A stretch of 46,817 nucleotides of DNA from Oscillospiraceae bacterium (GCA_031270785.1 JAISWM010000113.1:1-46817); one strand, 5' to 3'. Counted from the stretch's first letter, positions 15,063 to 26,463 are shown. The notes: a model not told the origin generated them from the sequence alone. Program-made: numbers and translations.

Positions 15063-18000
15063 TTATTCGTTTTTCGGAGGTACTTTGGGTTCAGTTTTGC
15101 CGGATGCCGTTTTAGAATTTTTATTTTTAGGACGTAACCTCTTAATTACTATTATCACTAATATAACTATTATTGCGCCAAGTACCAGTATTAATATTAG
15201 CTTAATTGCACTACCTTGCATTACGCCGGAGCCGTCCTGCACAAATTGGCCTATAAACCCGTTATTTTTATTATTACTGCCGGTTCCGCCGCTATTGTTG
15301 CTGCCGGAACTGCTTCCTCCGCTTGAGCTATTTTCTGAATTACTTGTTACGTCTGTACTTTCTTCAAATATTTCGTCAGATTTATCTGATTGTACGCTGT
15401 CGTCCCATGAATCATTTGAATCATTTCCGCTTCCTGACGCCGAAGATGACCCGGATGTGTTTGACATATTTGAACTTTGCCCGTGTCCTCCTCCATTTAC
15501 CATATTAGCTATAATATCTTTTATATTATTTATTTCATCGCCGATAGCATTAAATAAAGAGGAATTTCCCGAGTTTAAGCTTTTTTTAGCTATTACTCCG
15601 GCGGAGCTGAACGATGTCATTTCAAATGAAGAGGTATCCCCGTTTATATTCAATATCAGATATTCAATTTTTCCTGTTGATGATATTTCATGCACCACTA
15701 AAGGATCTTTGAAATATTTTAAATCCGGCGTCGGTATTGTAACTATTACTTTTTCGCCCTCCGGGAGTTCATATTTTTGTCCGGTCAGCATGTCAACCAG
15801 ATATATATCGTAAAGGGACAATATGAATTCCGAATTTAATTTATTATATATTCTGCTGCAGGCGTCTGTATTAGCGGATAATGTTACAGCGACTAATTTA
15901 ATATTCCACGGCACTCCGCTAACCTTTAAGTCGTTTGTAACATGGCTGTATTCTCCCGCAAGCTGCTGGAGAGACTGCAGTTTACTATAATTGCTAATTA
16001 AAGCCTTTTTATCATCTGATAATTGATTATACCGTTTTGTCGCTTGTACGATGGCGTCTACGTCCGCGCTGCTTTCGACTTTGTCGCTTAACTTGTCAAT
16101 CGTATTTATGAGCAAAGTTTCCTCATTTTCGGTTATTCCCGTTACAGTGACGGTTTTATCTTCTTTTATTCCTCTTATTATGTACACGCCGTTTTCCGTT
16201 GCTATATTGTCTTTGCCGAGCATTACGGTTATAGCTGAATCATTATAAGCGGGCTGGACGTATACATGGAATTTGAAGTCGTCATTGTACTCTACTTTCT
16301 GGGCTTCGTTTTCTAAAGTTTTGCCGCTTGCGTCTTTATACGTTATACCCGTTATCTTTGTCAAAGTGACGGTATATTTATTTTTAGACACGTTCAAAAC
16401 TTGAATGGTAAGGTCTTCTGTTACGTTTGATAATATGTACTTTCCTGCGGATAATTTTTGAACTCCTACTGTCCCTGATGTGGTTTTTACAACCGGTACG
16501 GAATCATCACACTCATCGTATATTGACACCTGGAACTCAAAATTATTTCCGTGATTTACATATACAGGGTTAGTTACTACGAGGCCTTGGTCATTTTTAT
16601 ATCTTACCCCGTAGGTAGGTTCAAACGAGACTTTATACTGTACCTCCTTAGCATTTTGAACAGATACTGTTTTATTAGAGGCAACATTTTTAATGGTATA
16701 TCTGCCGTCTTTCGGTTCCAAAGAAATCGCGACACCGTTGTCTTCTCTGCACACTACCACCATTTGCGATAATTCATATCCGCCTTTTGGGGATATACTG
16801 AAAGATATTTCCGAACCATATTGAATGATGTATACTCCCGAAATGTTTGACATTTCAACACTTGCATCTTCATACGTCGCGCCAATAGACTCCGAAAGAT
16901 TTACTTTATACCTGTTAATCTCTATTCCTTCAACGGTTATTGCCATATTTGCCGAAACATCGGCGATCGTATAATAACCATTTATAAAGTTAACGGTTTC
17001 GTCGTTAGCTTTTACTGTTACTGAAGACTGATTGTGCCTGTCGTCCAATTCGGTTGTGAACTGGAATTTTCCGCCGTACTCTACTATTATGTTAGTTTCG
17101 TGAGTAATTTGCCTATTGTTTTCATAAAACTTTAGTCCTTCGGTGCTTTCGGATGTCGGCAGCTCTATTTTATATTTTTTCTTATTAACGGTTGCCGTTA
17201 TATCCGTGTCTTCTTTTACCGATGGGATCTCATACCTATAATATTCTTCCTCTTCGTTTATACTGCTTGGTATTAAAACAGTACCTTCGGCTTTTACTTC
17301 CAGCGTTTTAAAATCATAGCCGTATTCTGTTGCGACGGAAAATGAGAAGGTATCGCCGTACGGGCGGGTTTGTATACCTATCAGTACGCTTGAACCGAAT
17401 GGTTCGCGGTATATTATTCCTTCGTTTTCTACAAGTTTAACATTTATGTTGCTTTTTAATACTTTTACTTCAACAGTTGGAGGGGAATCTATTTCTGACA
17501 AAGTGTAAACGGCTTCTTTTGCGGATCTATTTTCTTCTGTAAGTCTGCCGGCTGTGGTACTTATAGTGACGTTTTCCAAGTCATATCCCTCTTTAGGGGT
17601 AACTTTGAAGGTAAAATATCTGCCGTGGGTTATCGATAGATTTTGCGACGAAATGTCATTCCCCGTTACTTTATCTTTGAATTCTACGTCATCGCCTTTA
17701 AACGTCATAGTATAAGTATTTAGCTGCAAACCTTGAAGAGTTACTATCGTGTCACTTGTTACATTTTTAATTTTCCATGTATTAGTGCTTTCCTTCTCTA
17801 TTGCTGTGCCTGCAACAAATGTCCAGCCGCTTACTGACTGATCATAACCTGTGTTGGGGCTTGCTATTATTGTTAAATCCCCGCCGTAGAGGACCTCTCT
17901 GCCCGAACGCGTTATATCCTTTAGGGTATCTTTATCAAGGATAGTAACATTATTCATTTCCTGCCCACCAAAAGTTACAGTATACTTTTCTTTTTTGGCG

Positions 18001-21000
18001 TTACTTATTCTTACCGGATTTTCATACGTTATAAGCCCTGTTTCTTGGTCTTTTTCAACGCTCAGGTTTTTAGTTACTCCTATTAAAGTAACAGTTGCTT
18101 GGGATTTTCCGCCTACAGTATTTACTTTAACTTCAACATCCGCGCCGCCGACGGTTACTTTTAAATCAGACAGCGTAAACCCTTCATTGGCCTCAGCTAA
18201 AAATGAATAGTCAGAGCCGTGGTTTACTACGCCTTTTAACGTATCAGCGCTTTCAGACGGCAGTTTAATGTCGGAGCCATCCGTTTCACGAAATGTCACT
18301 TTGTTTTCCGTAAGGTCATCTTCCGCTGATAAAGTTATATCATACTTATTTATTTCTATCCCGTATATATTGATGATAGTATCCTTTGGTGTGGTTATAG
18401 TGTAATATCCGTCGTCGCCTTTATCCAGGTCGGTCGGAGTTAATGAGCTCGAAACTTTTAAAGGCGAATTAGTGTAGCCTTCTTTAAGTTCTATTTTGAA
18501 TTTTAGTTCTTTGTTGTAATAAGTTTGGGTTCCGTTTGTAATGTCTCTGTCCGCAGGATATGCATATATGTTTGCGTTAGTTATCCTTTTGCTTTCCTCG
18601 TTTTGGAATGTTACCGAGTAAAGGTTGATTGTTATTCCGCTTACGCTTATGTCTGAGTTATCCGTAATATTAGAAAGTGACACTGCGAACAGAGTATCCG
18701 TTGAAGTTTTATCGTCTTTAATAATGGCGGCGTTAGTTGCGGAAACAAGCGCGGAGCTTAAGTTATACCCCGTATTGGATTCGACTTGAAATGAATATTC
18801 ACCGCCGTGTTCTACTGATATTTTGTTTTCAACTATTTTAGGGTCCGTTATTTCAGCGCCGCTTTGGTAAGTGAATGTATAGCCTGTTATAACTGCATCG
18901 TTTTGGTCTGTTATGGATACGGTTTCGCCGATAATTGTTACTTTGTAATCTGTTATTTCGGTGCCGCTTTGGTCTGTTAATTTATAATTGGTTATTTCAG
19001 CGCCGCTTTGGTCTATTAATTTATAGTTTAGTATTTTTGCACCGCTTGCATTCCTAAATGTTATTCTGTGGTCCTCATTAAATATTATGTTGTATTTATT
19101 TACCGCAATATCGCTTATTGTAATTTTGAAGGTTTTGGTTACATTTAACTTATAAAATCCGTTCTCAACGTTTATTATTTCATCTTCTGACGCTGAGCCA
19201 TCGCTGTTTTTATCATAATATACTTTGATAATTGATTGAGTGTACGCATCGTCTAAAATGACTTTAAAGTTTAAATCTTCCCCGTGAGCCAAACGTACTC
19301 CTGAGGTTATATTTTTATTGTTTTCATTATATACTTTAAATCTTTGAGTACTGCTATTTTTATCTACAAATTCCACACGATAAAGTACTGATTTTACGCC
19401 TTCCACGTAGACCACAGTGTCATTTGTAACGCCGCCGATATTATATACCCATTGATTTGTTTTTGAAGTGTCTCTCGTAATAATTCCGTTACTTATGTAA
19501 ACTCTTAAATTTTCATCCAAGCTGTAACCGTTATCAGTAAGAGCGGTAATTTCTATTTGGTATATGTGCGCGTTTGAATTATTGCTCACGTCATTTAGGG
19601 TGTGTTCTATCGTTGGCGCGCTTACATCCGTGGGGAATTCCTGACTGTCGCCGTCCCACTCGGATATTACTTTATTATCATTTCTAAATGATATTCCTTC
19701 TCCGCTGAAGCCTATACTATATTTATTTACTTCAATACCTTCAACAATGATAGTAATCTGTTTTCCTGCGATGAGATTTCCGGGCAGCGTCCAGTATTCA
19801 TTTTGGCAGGCTAAATTTACCGGCTGCTCTTGACCGGGGTTTGCAATTTTAGCCTTAAGGGATATGGTACTTCGATTAAATTTATCATCCAAAGAAATTT
19901 TAAATTTATAATTATATCCGTGAATTGCGGTGCCGCACAGCTCAGCCGCGTCGCCGTCGCTTTTTAGTATATTACCGCTTTCTTCGCAGATTGACAGTAC
20001 CTTACTCAGAGCAATTTCTTCAATATCTTGGTTCTCGTCCCCTGACTTTACGCCGCCATGCTTGAAAATGATTTGGTATTCATTTCGCTTTGCACCTGAA
20101 ACCATAATTATTAAATTTTCTTTTACGGAATTTACGTTATACAAATTGTATGTACTGTTAGACTCTTTAAGAGTTAACATTAAACCCGTATTTGTTACTA
20201 CGTTTATGTTGCTCAAGTTATAACCGGGTTCAGGGTAAAGCCTAAATGAATAAGGCTTTCCGTGGGCTACTTTTTGTTCATCGGTAATTATTGATTCTTG
20301 GGCATTATCTTCTTTGAAAACAACAGATTGCCCTTCAAATTCCACAGAGTACCTTTTGGGGCCTAAAGCGTTCATTATAATTTTACTGTCCCCGGTTATT
20401 TTAGGGGTAGTATAAATATAATATTCTTTGTCTACAGATTCGGTTATTTTACTGAATTTTCCATTTTCATTTGCGTAATCTGCACTAGCAGGCCCAATAT
20501 ATACCTCAGCACCGGATATTTCAAATCCGTACTTTGCTTTTAAGGCAAATGAGTAAGTCTGCCCGTGAACAATGGTGAAGTCATTGTCCGTGTTCAGCAA
20601 GCCGTTTTTACCGCTATCATAAATTTCAAAACTTTTTAATGTTTCAGCGGATTGTTTCAAACTTAAGGAATACTTGTTCAGGCTTATATTATTAACTGAA
20701 ACTGAATTATTATCATAGATTTGTACTTGATATTTGTGTATTTCATCGCTCGAAAGATCTAATATTCTTCCTTGGCTTGGATTGCTAAACGAAATATTTA
20801 TCTCGGATTTATTGTATTTGGCGTTAAGTTCTATTTCAAAGGTAAATTGTTCACCGTATTTTAACAGTTTTTCTGCGGACGTAATGTCTTGATAGGCGTT
20901 TGGGGTTGTTTCTATCTGAACCCCTGCAGCTATGGTAACTGTTTTATTACCGGCGTCAAGGGCGTCTTCACCTAACACTATATTATATCCGACGTTTGGT

Positions 21001-24000
21001 GAAGGGTCTATTGTTATATTTCCATTTATTTTATTAAATTTAACAATTGCTTTGCAAGATGAAATGCTATATGAATCGTCAATATTCTTTTTGATGGTAC
21101 CATTTATTTCAACGGATGAAATGTCGCTGTTTGATATAGTATAATTGCCTGAATCCGTCGTAATGGTAGGAGGATTAATAATATTAAAATCGCCGGCCTG
21201 GGCAGTTGCTGTAAAAGCTGAAGTATCCGACGTGTTTTCGGGCAGTTCTGCGAAAGGTATACTAATTTCATTAGCAGATTCAAGTTTAATATTAGTAATT
21301 TTTTGCAATATTTTAAATTTTTGTTCGTTATTTGAATCTATGTCTTGTTGAAAAGAGAGTGCATATTGGTTTAACTGTATGTCTGCGTTTACGGTTACCT
21401 CTTCTTGTACATTTCTTATTTCGTATTGCCCCAGAGCTTGGTTGATGGTCACTATTTTGGATGATGTCTGAGCGCCTTTGCCGTCATTTCGGGAAATTGT
21501 AAAAGTAGCGCTTTTTATATCGTATCCCGAATCAACTGCGATATGAAATGCGAATGAACCTTCGTGTTTTATTGTTACTCCGTTGCCGCCTAATTCTGAG
21601 CCCGTGGCAGTATCATAGAATGCGGCGTGATTGGACGCAAACATCACGTCGTAGTTGTTTTCTTCGATATCCGATATAGTTACCGTCGTATCGGCTTGCA
21701 CGTCGCTTAATGTAAATACAATAGCGTTTTGGGGAAGCGGTTTGTTCGCCACTTTTGCTACAGGAGAGGATTGGCTGTATTTTCCAATCGGGGTAACTTT
21801 AAAGACCAGTGTTCCCCCTTGAATTACCGGCGTGGAAATGGAAGTTATGTTTACGCTGTCGGCCTCTATTTTTACCGCTTCAGTAATAATTATATTTTTA
21901 TCTTCCGTTTTAAATTGAACTAAACAGGCGTCTGCCTTTATTTTTTCCACTTTAATTACGGTGTTATCTTTAGTGACTCTCAGTTTATATACGTCTTCAA
22001 CGGGAGTTAAGTCTTGTAAGTCGGTTATTAACCCTGATTTTACCAATATTTTTTGCTTGGATGTGTTGTTTACCGCAAACTTGAACTCAGTGTTGTTGAT
22101 AACCAGTACGTAGCCTTGCCTATTACCTTGCTCATCTGGCTCCCCCTGCTGAATTTCTTGCCATATGGGTTCCCCTTCGCCGTCCACCTGTTCCCCTTCA
22201 AAGCCGCTTATACCTTCAAAAGTGATTTCATCATCAGGGGACATAAAATAAACTTTGCACAATGATTTCGTGGGGGCGAGATTATCGGTTAAGGTAAGCT
22301 CAACGTCGCCGGTAAAATCATATATTATTGTTTTATAGTTAATAATCTTGTCGTTTGACATCATGCAGGTGTTTTGTATTTTCGCTACTTCCGGCAAACT
22401 TTCAGGATTATTGGCAATAGTTAAAATGTTAAACAAGCGTACGCCTTCGGCATCAGTTTCAACCGGAAAACAATATCCGTCCGCAGCTTCTAATACCAAT
22501 GAAAAAGCTTCTTGAGTAAACACTATGCCCGACAATATTTCCCCATTTAAAGCGTTTTTGAATATTAGCCCATCTTTATTTGGTAGCGTGATTTTATAGC
22601 TTGCGGATTCAAAATTGTCAATACTGATTATCGTTACCTGACTTTTTTTTGCGGTTTTATAAAATTTTTGAATATTAGTATTGACAAATTCTGAATTTGG
22701 TTGCAGCTGCATGTTTAAATCATTGGGTACCGTTACGATGACATTTTCAATTGACAGCGTTCCTTTTTGCTCTATTGAAAATTGGTATTGAGTGTCCGGG
22801 TCAGTTATATTTATGCCCCACTGCGCACTGCTAGGATATACCGCCCAATCTTCACTATCAGTACTTGATCCTGAACCCGTATATTTAATGGTTACCGTAT
22901 CTTGCAAATTGCTCAGCTGTTTTGACCTGAAATACAAGTAATTGTCAGTTGAAGAAGACTTTAAAATTTCGCAGTCTTCCTTTACGTTTGACAGTTTAAA
23001 TACGTCCCCCGGAAGGCTTTTAAACATGCTTTTCATGTTTTGTTTTTCTATTGCCATATCTCCCGACAGCAATTCAAGGCTTAAACCGGAAAGGAGGTCT
23101 TTGCCGTCTTCACCTTTTTTCGATGTTATTAATATATATTTATGATCGGCACTGTCTTCTTTATCGAATTCAAGGGAATCTATATTTCCGGAAGTATTTT
23201 CGTCGCTGATATTTAAAATTTTTAAAGCGCCGTAGTCTACGTTCAAACCGGTAAAAGTTAAATCCGCTTGGCATGACTCAATTTCGTAGTAGTTGTTATT
23301 ATCTTCATTTCTCTTCATGGCGCCATGTATTCTAATAGTGCTGATATTGTTTATGCCAAACGGTTGGCTTTCTATACTTGAGCAGTAAGTGTTGCCTTGT
23401 TCTTCTGCTGTAAAGTCTAAGCTCGGGTTTTGCGTGCTTATTGAAAAAGCATTCGCTATATCATTTGGCGTATTGTATGTTAGTGAAAATGTCGGGTCTA
23501 CTGGCGACATGGGGTTAATGGTGATGTCGTTTTTTGTTTGCATTGAAACGTCTTTATTAAGTGCCGCGGTTATGCTTGGCTGGCCTGTTAACGGGTCGCC
23601 CAAGTAAGACGCGATAATTTCGGTGCTTGGAATCGTAAATGAAGTACCTCGGCCAATTTTTAATTTTAAATTTGTTGTTAAAGATATATTCGCGCCCGAG
23701 GCATTTACTGTTAATTCCTGCGCGTATAAAGTAGGGGTTCCGGTTTCTGTTTCAAAATCCTTTGCGGTCATGTACAGCGGGCTAAAAGTCAAATTCATTT
23801 GGCAGCTATTTGCGTCTATGGTGTACGTCGTCGTAGTTGTTGAACTTCCGTCGGTTTTTTCGTCTTTTTTAACTGTTCCGCTAATAGTCGCCAAAGATAT
23901 TTGATATTTTGATATTTCAAAATTTTGAACCGAATTTTCAAACGTTTCACCATGACCGGGGTGTATAGTTGAAGTTACACTTAAACTATTAGGCGTCATG

Positions 24001-26126
24001 TCTATTGATGCTAATGGTAATTCAGCGGAAAAATTTTTACTCTCAAAGTCGGTGCCTGTAACGTTTAAGAGTATAGCTTGATTTGTCGTAAACGTTACGT
24101 CGATAGTATTAGTACTACCGGGTGCCACTGTTGTTTTTACCGTAGATGATGTATGGGGGATATCGCTGTCTGAGAATATTAATTTTTTTGTAAACACAGA
24201 GTTTGCGGGTAGCTCTAATTGCGATATATTATTTTTTTCGATTTTAGCATGATTTACGCTACTATTTGAATTTCCTATAGGTATATTTATTTGCTTGCTT
24301 TCTTCGAAAACGCGCCTTTTGTAAGATACTGTAGTGCCTTTAAATGTAATGTCGGCTGTGCATGATTCAAGTGTACATTGGTTATCTTCATCAACGGCAA
24401 AAGTCCCTTTGATGATTATTTTTTCAATACAATTCGCCAGCTCAGTAAATGTTTGTGAGGCTATAGGGTCATAAATTACGTTGGGGTCTTCAGGTTCTTT
24501 AATTTCAAAATCCATTTTTAGGGAGTCGGTCGTGCGAAAAGTTTGACCTATGCTCTCTGAGTTAACAATATGTTGAAACTCAATTTTTTCGCTATTTATT
24601 TGAAAAGCCGGGTTAATAACAACGTCGGTCGTTAATGTTACAGAATTTGCAAACTTTCCTTCAATTTTGGGGTCTGAGGGTTGAGGATCTCCAGAAGGCT
24701 CTTCGGATTTTACTACAACATGGTTCGAACCTAGCATAAAAATTGAACCCGAAGGTATGGTAACAACAGGTTGAGTTACAACCAAATTTTGTGTGTCAAC
24801 CTGCTGCTCAGTGATTGTTTCGCCCATAAGCACAGCTGTATTAGACGGAGTGTATTCTAATTCTTGGACGTTAATATCTTCATTCCTGCCGAATATAGTT
24901 TTATAATTTTCTGATGTCTGCGCTTCACTGTTTTGTTCTATTTCCGCGATTATATTTAAAGTTATTGCGTAAGTTGCTCCCGGGGTGTTTCTGCGCAGTG
25001 ATAATCCTTTGCCATCTTCAGAGCGCACATCTACGTGCCAAACGTTTCCGTCAAACCTTGTTACATATTGATAATTTTGGTTTGAACTGTCATCGTTATC
25101 CGTAATATTTATTGCAAATTCACTGCTTTTCCAACGGTACCCATCTTGGGGATATATAGTAAAATTGAAATTGGAACCGTAATCTATCTGAATATCAGCC
25201 TGATTTTCAAACGCGTTTGCGTGAATATCTCCTATAACCGAATTTTCGGGCTTGGTTACAGTGATATTTGTTTTCCTCAGTTGTATATTTTGAAATGTTA
25301 TAGTCGTGTTAGCATTTATGCCTTCCGCTTTCCACAAATTTTCATTATCGCCCATTTCATTTATTGAAACCGCAGTTGATCCGGCACCTTTAACTACCGG
25401 AATTATTTTAAAACCTTCTTCAGCGTATTCGTCGTTTAATTCTATAGAAAACGTTAATATTCGGCCGTGAACTATTGATTGCCCGAAAGCGATTGTTACT
25501 TTTTGCAGGTCATTCATGGCTCCCGGGTCTTTGCCCACGAAAGCGCGGACTACCCCCGCGTCTTGAATATTTACGTTTTCAGCATTAAAGGTCACCACAT
25601 ACTCTGATTTTTCAATATTACTTATCCATATAACAGAGTTGGTTTTGTTTAATTTTATAGAATATATGTCGTTATTAGCCCTCAAAGGAGCATGATAATT
25701 ATATTGAGACTTATATTCCTCGTTTTCAATTTTTCCTGTATCGGCATCAACCCATTCATTTGGGATTAATCTTACTTCAATGCCGTCTTTTTTAAATTGG
25801 CCGTCAAGTGTTATTTTGAACGAGACGTAAGGTTCATCGGTAAAATTTTCCCCGATAATACTTTTGTTTGTGTTAATGTCAATTATGTCTAGCAGCTGAC
25901 TAGTATATAAATTTTTTACGTCGTCCACTTCGCTGCCATTGTCACTTCCGCCTATGCTTACGACAAAGGAGGTGTCCGGTGGTCCCTCATTTCCGGGCTC
26001 CGTTTCATTTGCAAAAAAATTAGTTATAAATTTTAAACTTACCGCAAATAAAAAAAATATTGCAACCGAAATTAAAATTATAGCGCTCCTTTTTTTAATA
26101 TTAACATTACGACTTCCTTTATTCAT
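15063..26126 (-). CDS. Giant (~3,690 aa) cell-surface repeat protein with N-terminal signal/anchor and C-terminal TM anchor
   Basis: The uninterrupted ORF runs to 26168; the ATG at 26126 (MNKGSRNVNIKKRSAIILISVAIFFLF) is preferred. At least ~18 repeats of ~85-90 aa begin (N/K)xYxVxF. The C-terminus has an S/G/N-rich stalk, a TM helix LILILVLGAIIVILVIIVI and a basic tail. No LPXTG motif. Confidence 0.85.
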   Translation of the reverse strand: MNKGSRNVNIKKRSAIILISVAIFFLFAVSLKFITNFFANETEPGNEGPPDTSFVVSIGGSDNGSEVDDVKNLYTSQLLDIIDINTNKSIIGENFTDEPYVSFKITLDGQFKKDGIEVRLIPNEWVDADTGKIENEEYKSQYNYHAPLRANNDIYSIKLNKTNSVIWISNIEKSEYVVTFNAENVNIQDAGVVRAFVGKDPGAMNDLQKVTIAFGQSIVHGRILTFSIELNDEYAEEGFKIIPVVKGAGSTAVSINEMGDNENLWKAEGINANTTITFQNIQLRKTNITVTKPENSVIGDIHANAFENQADIQIDYGSNFNFTIYPQDGYRWKSSEFAINITDNDDSSNQNYQYVTRFDGNVWHVDVRSEDGKGLSLRRNTPGATYAITLNIIAEIEQNSEAQTSENYKTIFGRNEDINVQELEYTPSNTAVLMGETITEQQVDTQNLVVTQPVVTIPSGSIFMLGSNHVVVKSEEPSGDPQPSDPKIEGKFANSVTLTTDVVINPAFQINSEKIEFQHIVNSESIGQTFRTTDSLKMDFEIKEPEDPNVIYDPIASQTFTELANCIEKIIIKGTFAVDEDNQCTLESCTADITFKGTTVSYKRRVFEESKQINIPIGNSNSSVNHAKIEKNNISQLELPANSVFTKKLIFSDSDIPHTSSTVKTTVAPGSTNTIDVTFTTNQAILLNVTGTDFESKNFSAELPLASIDMTPNSLSVTSTIHPGHGETFENSVQNFEISKYQISLATISGTVKKDEKTDGSSTTTTTYTIDANSCQMNLTFSPLYMTAKDFETETGTPTLYAQELTVNASGANISLTTNLKLKIGRGTSFTIPSTEIIASYLGDPLTGQPSITAALNKDVSMQTKNDITINPMSPVDPTFSLTYNTPNDIANAFSISTQNPSLDFTAEEQGNTYCSSIESQPFGINNISTIRIHGAMKRNEDNNNYYEIESCQADLTFTGLNVDYGALKILNISDENTSGNIDSLEFDKEDSADHKYILITSKKGEDGKDLLSGLSLELLSGDMAIEKQNMKSMFKSLPGDVFKLSNVKEDCEILKSSSTDNYLYFRSKQLSNLQDTVTIKYTGSGSSTDSEDWAVYPSSAQWGINITDPDTQYQFSIEQKGTLSIENVIVTVPNDLNMQLQPNSEFVNTNIQKFYKTAKKSQVTIISIDNFESASYKITLPNKDGLIFKNALNGEILSGIVFTQEAFSLVLEAADGYCFPVETDAEGVRLFNILTIANNPESLPEVAKIQNTCMMSNDKIINYKTIIYDFTGDVELTLTDNLAPTKSLCKVYFMSPDDEITFEGISGFEGEQVDGEGEPIWQEIQQGEPDEQGNRQGYVLVINNTEFKFAVNNTSKQKILVKSGLITDLQDLTPVEDVYKLRVTKDNTVIKVEKIKADACLVQFKTEDKNIIITEAVKIEADSVNITSISTPVIQGGTLVFKVTPIGKYSQSSPVAKVANKPLPQNAIVFTLSDVQADTTVTISDIEENNYDVMFASNHAAFYDTATGSELGGNGVTIKHEGSFAFHIAVDSGYDIKSATFTISRNDGKGAQTSSKIVTINQALGQYEIRNVQEEVTVNADIQLNQYALSFQQDIDSNNEQKFKILQKITNIKLESANEISIPFAELPENTSDTSAFTATAQAGDFNIINPPTITTDSGNYTISNSDISSVEINGTIKKNIDDSYSISSCKAIVKFNKINGNITIDPSPNVGYNIVLGEDALDAGNKTVTIAAGVQIETTPNAYQDITSAEKLLKYGEQFTFEIELNAKYNKSEINISFSNPSQGRILDLSSDEIHKYQVQIYDNNSVSVNNISLNKYSLSLKQSAETLKSFEIYDSGKNGLLNTDNDFTIVHGQTYSFALKAKYGFEISGAEVYIGPASADYANENGKFSKITESVDKEYYIYTTPKITGDSKIIMNALGPKRYSVEFEGQSVVFKEDNAQESIITDEQKVAHGKPYSFRLYPEPGYNLSNINVVTNTGLMLTLKESNSTYNLYNVNSVKENLIIMVSGAKRNEYQIIFKHGGVKSGDENQDIEEIALSKVLSICEESGNILKSDGDAAELCGTAIHGYNYKFKISLDDKFNRSTISLKAKIANPGQEQPVNLACQNEYWTLPGNLIAGKQITIIVEGIEVNKYSIGFSGEGISFRNDNKVISEWDGDSQEFPTDVSAPTIEHTLNDVSNNSNAHIYQIEITALTDNGYSLDENLRVYISNGIITRDTSKTNQWVYNIGGVTNDTVVYVEGVKSVLYRVEFVDKNSSTQRFKVYNENNKNITSGVRLAHGEDLNFKVILDDAYTQSIIKVYYDKNSDGSASEDEIINVENGFYKLNVTKTFKITISDIAVNKYNIIFNEDHRITFRNASGAKILNYKLIDQSGAEITNYKLTDQSGTEITDYKVTIIGETVSITDQNDAVITGYTFTYQSGAEITDPKIVENKISVEHGGEYSFQVESNTGYNLSSALVSATNAAIIKDDKTSTDTLFAVSLSNITDNSDISVSGITINLYSVTFQNEESKRITNANIYAYPADRDITNGTQTYYNKELKFKIELKEGYTNSPLKVSSSLTPTDLDKGDDGYYTITTPKDTIINIYGIEINKYDITLSAEDDLTENKVTFRETDGSDIKLPSESADTLKGVVNHGSDYSFLAEANEGFTLSDLKVTVGGADVEVKVNTVGGKSQATVTLIGVTKNLSVEKDQETGLITYENPVRISNAKKEKYTVTFGGQEMNNVTILDKDTLKDITRSGREVLYGGDLTIIASPNTGYDQSVSGWTFVAGTAIEKESTNTWKIKNVTSDTIVTLQGLQLNTYTMTFKGDDVEFKDKVTGNDISSQNLSITHGRYFTFKVTPKEGYDLENVTISTTAGRLTEENRSAKEAVYTLSEIDSPPTVEVKVLKSNINVKLVENEGIIYREPFGSSVLIGIQTRPYGDTFSFSVATEYGYDFKTLEVKAEGTVLIPSSINEEEEYYRYEIPSVKEDTDITATVNKKKYKIELPTSESTEGLKFYENNRQITHETNIIVEYGGKFQFTTELDDRHNQSSVTVKANDETVNFINGYYTIADVSANMAITVEGIEINRYKVNLSESIGATYEDASVEMSNISGVYIIQYGSEISFSISPKGGYELSQMVVVCREDNGVAISLEPKDGRYTIKNVASNKTVSVQNAKEVQYKVSFEPTYGVRYKNDQGLVVTNPVYVNHGNNFEFQVSIYDECDDSVPVVKTTSGTVGVQKLSAGKYILSNVTEDLTIQVLNVSKNKYTVTLTKITGITYKDASGKTLENEAQKVEYNDDFKFHVYVQPAYNDSAITVMLGKDNIATENGVYIIRGIKEDKTVTVTGITENEETLLINTIDKLSDKVESSADVDAIVQATKRYNQLSDDKKALISNYSKLQSLQQLAGEYSHVTNDLKVSGVPWNIKLVAVTLSANTDACSRIYNKLNSEFILSLYDIYLVDMLTGQKYELPEGEKVIVTIPTPDLKYFKDPLVVHEISSTGKIEYLILNINGDTSSFEMTSFSSAGVIAKKSLNSGNSSLFNAIGDEINNIKDIIANMVNGGGHGQSSNMSNTSGSSSASGSGNDSNDSWDDSVQSDKSDEIFEESTDVTSNSENSSSGGSSSGSNNSGGTGSNNKNNGFIGQFVQDGSGVMQGSAIKLILILVLGAIIVILVIIVIKRLRPKNKNSKTASGKTEPKVPPKNE

Positions 26127-26188
26127 AATTGCACCGCCCTTATTGATATAAATGACAATTTTTGTCACTGCATTTATTTTTATTTGGT

Positions 26189-26217
26189 ATTATAACATAA
26201 GGGGTATGCGCTTTCAA
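26189..26217 (-). promoter_or_regulatory. Candidate promoter of the giant gene
   Basis: On the minus strand: TTGAAA (26217-26212), a 17-nt spacer, then TGtTATAAT (-10 at 26194-26189). Confidence 0.5.
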
Positions 26218-26296
26218 TATTTTTTAATTCATTTACACGCCTATCTTATAGCAAATATATAAATATTATTTTTACTGCAGCCGGCAGCTAAAAGAG

Positions 26297-26380
26297 TATA
26301 GTAAAAACCTTTTAAAACAGCGATATTTTTGTTTTCCCACCCGCGAGTCGGCGGTGGAAAGAAACGTAAATAATGGTTAT
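26297..26380 (-). mobile_element. Family D element (reverse orientation)
   Basis: TATAGTAAAAACCTTTTAAAACAGCGATATTTTTGTTTTCCCACCCGCGAGTCGGCGGTGGAAAGAAACGTAAATAATGGTTAT. Confidence 0.75.
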
Positions 26381-26381
26381 G

Positions 26382-26463
26382 GGTCACATCAGTTGATAAT
26401 ATCTTTCCCCCAGCTAAAACGCGGAAAAAAAAGAAGGAGTTTCAATTGTTTTGAGACACGGCC
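26382..26463 (+). mobile_element. MITE family B copy (degenerate hairpin)
   Basis: GGTCACATCAGTTGATAATATCTTTCCCCCAGCTAAAACGCGGAAAAAAAAGAAGGAGTTTCAATTGTTTTGAGACACGGCC. Confidence 0.75.

Noticed and set aside
15055-15813. Antisense or out-of-frame ORFs inside long genes. Examples are 15055-15813 and the many 60-100 aa ORFs within 15063-26168, plus those inside mutS, mutL, ppk, the AAA+ gene and rny.
   Set aside because: They overlap much longer ORFs that carry clear family motifs, and they are typical shadow ORFs.
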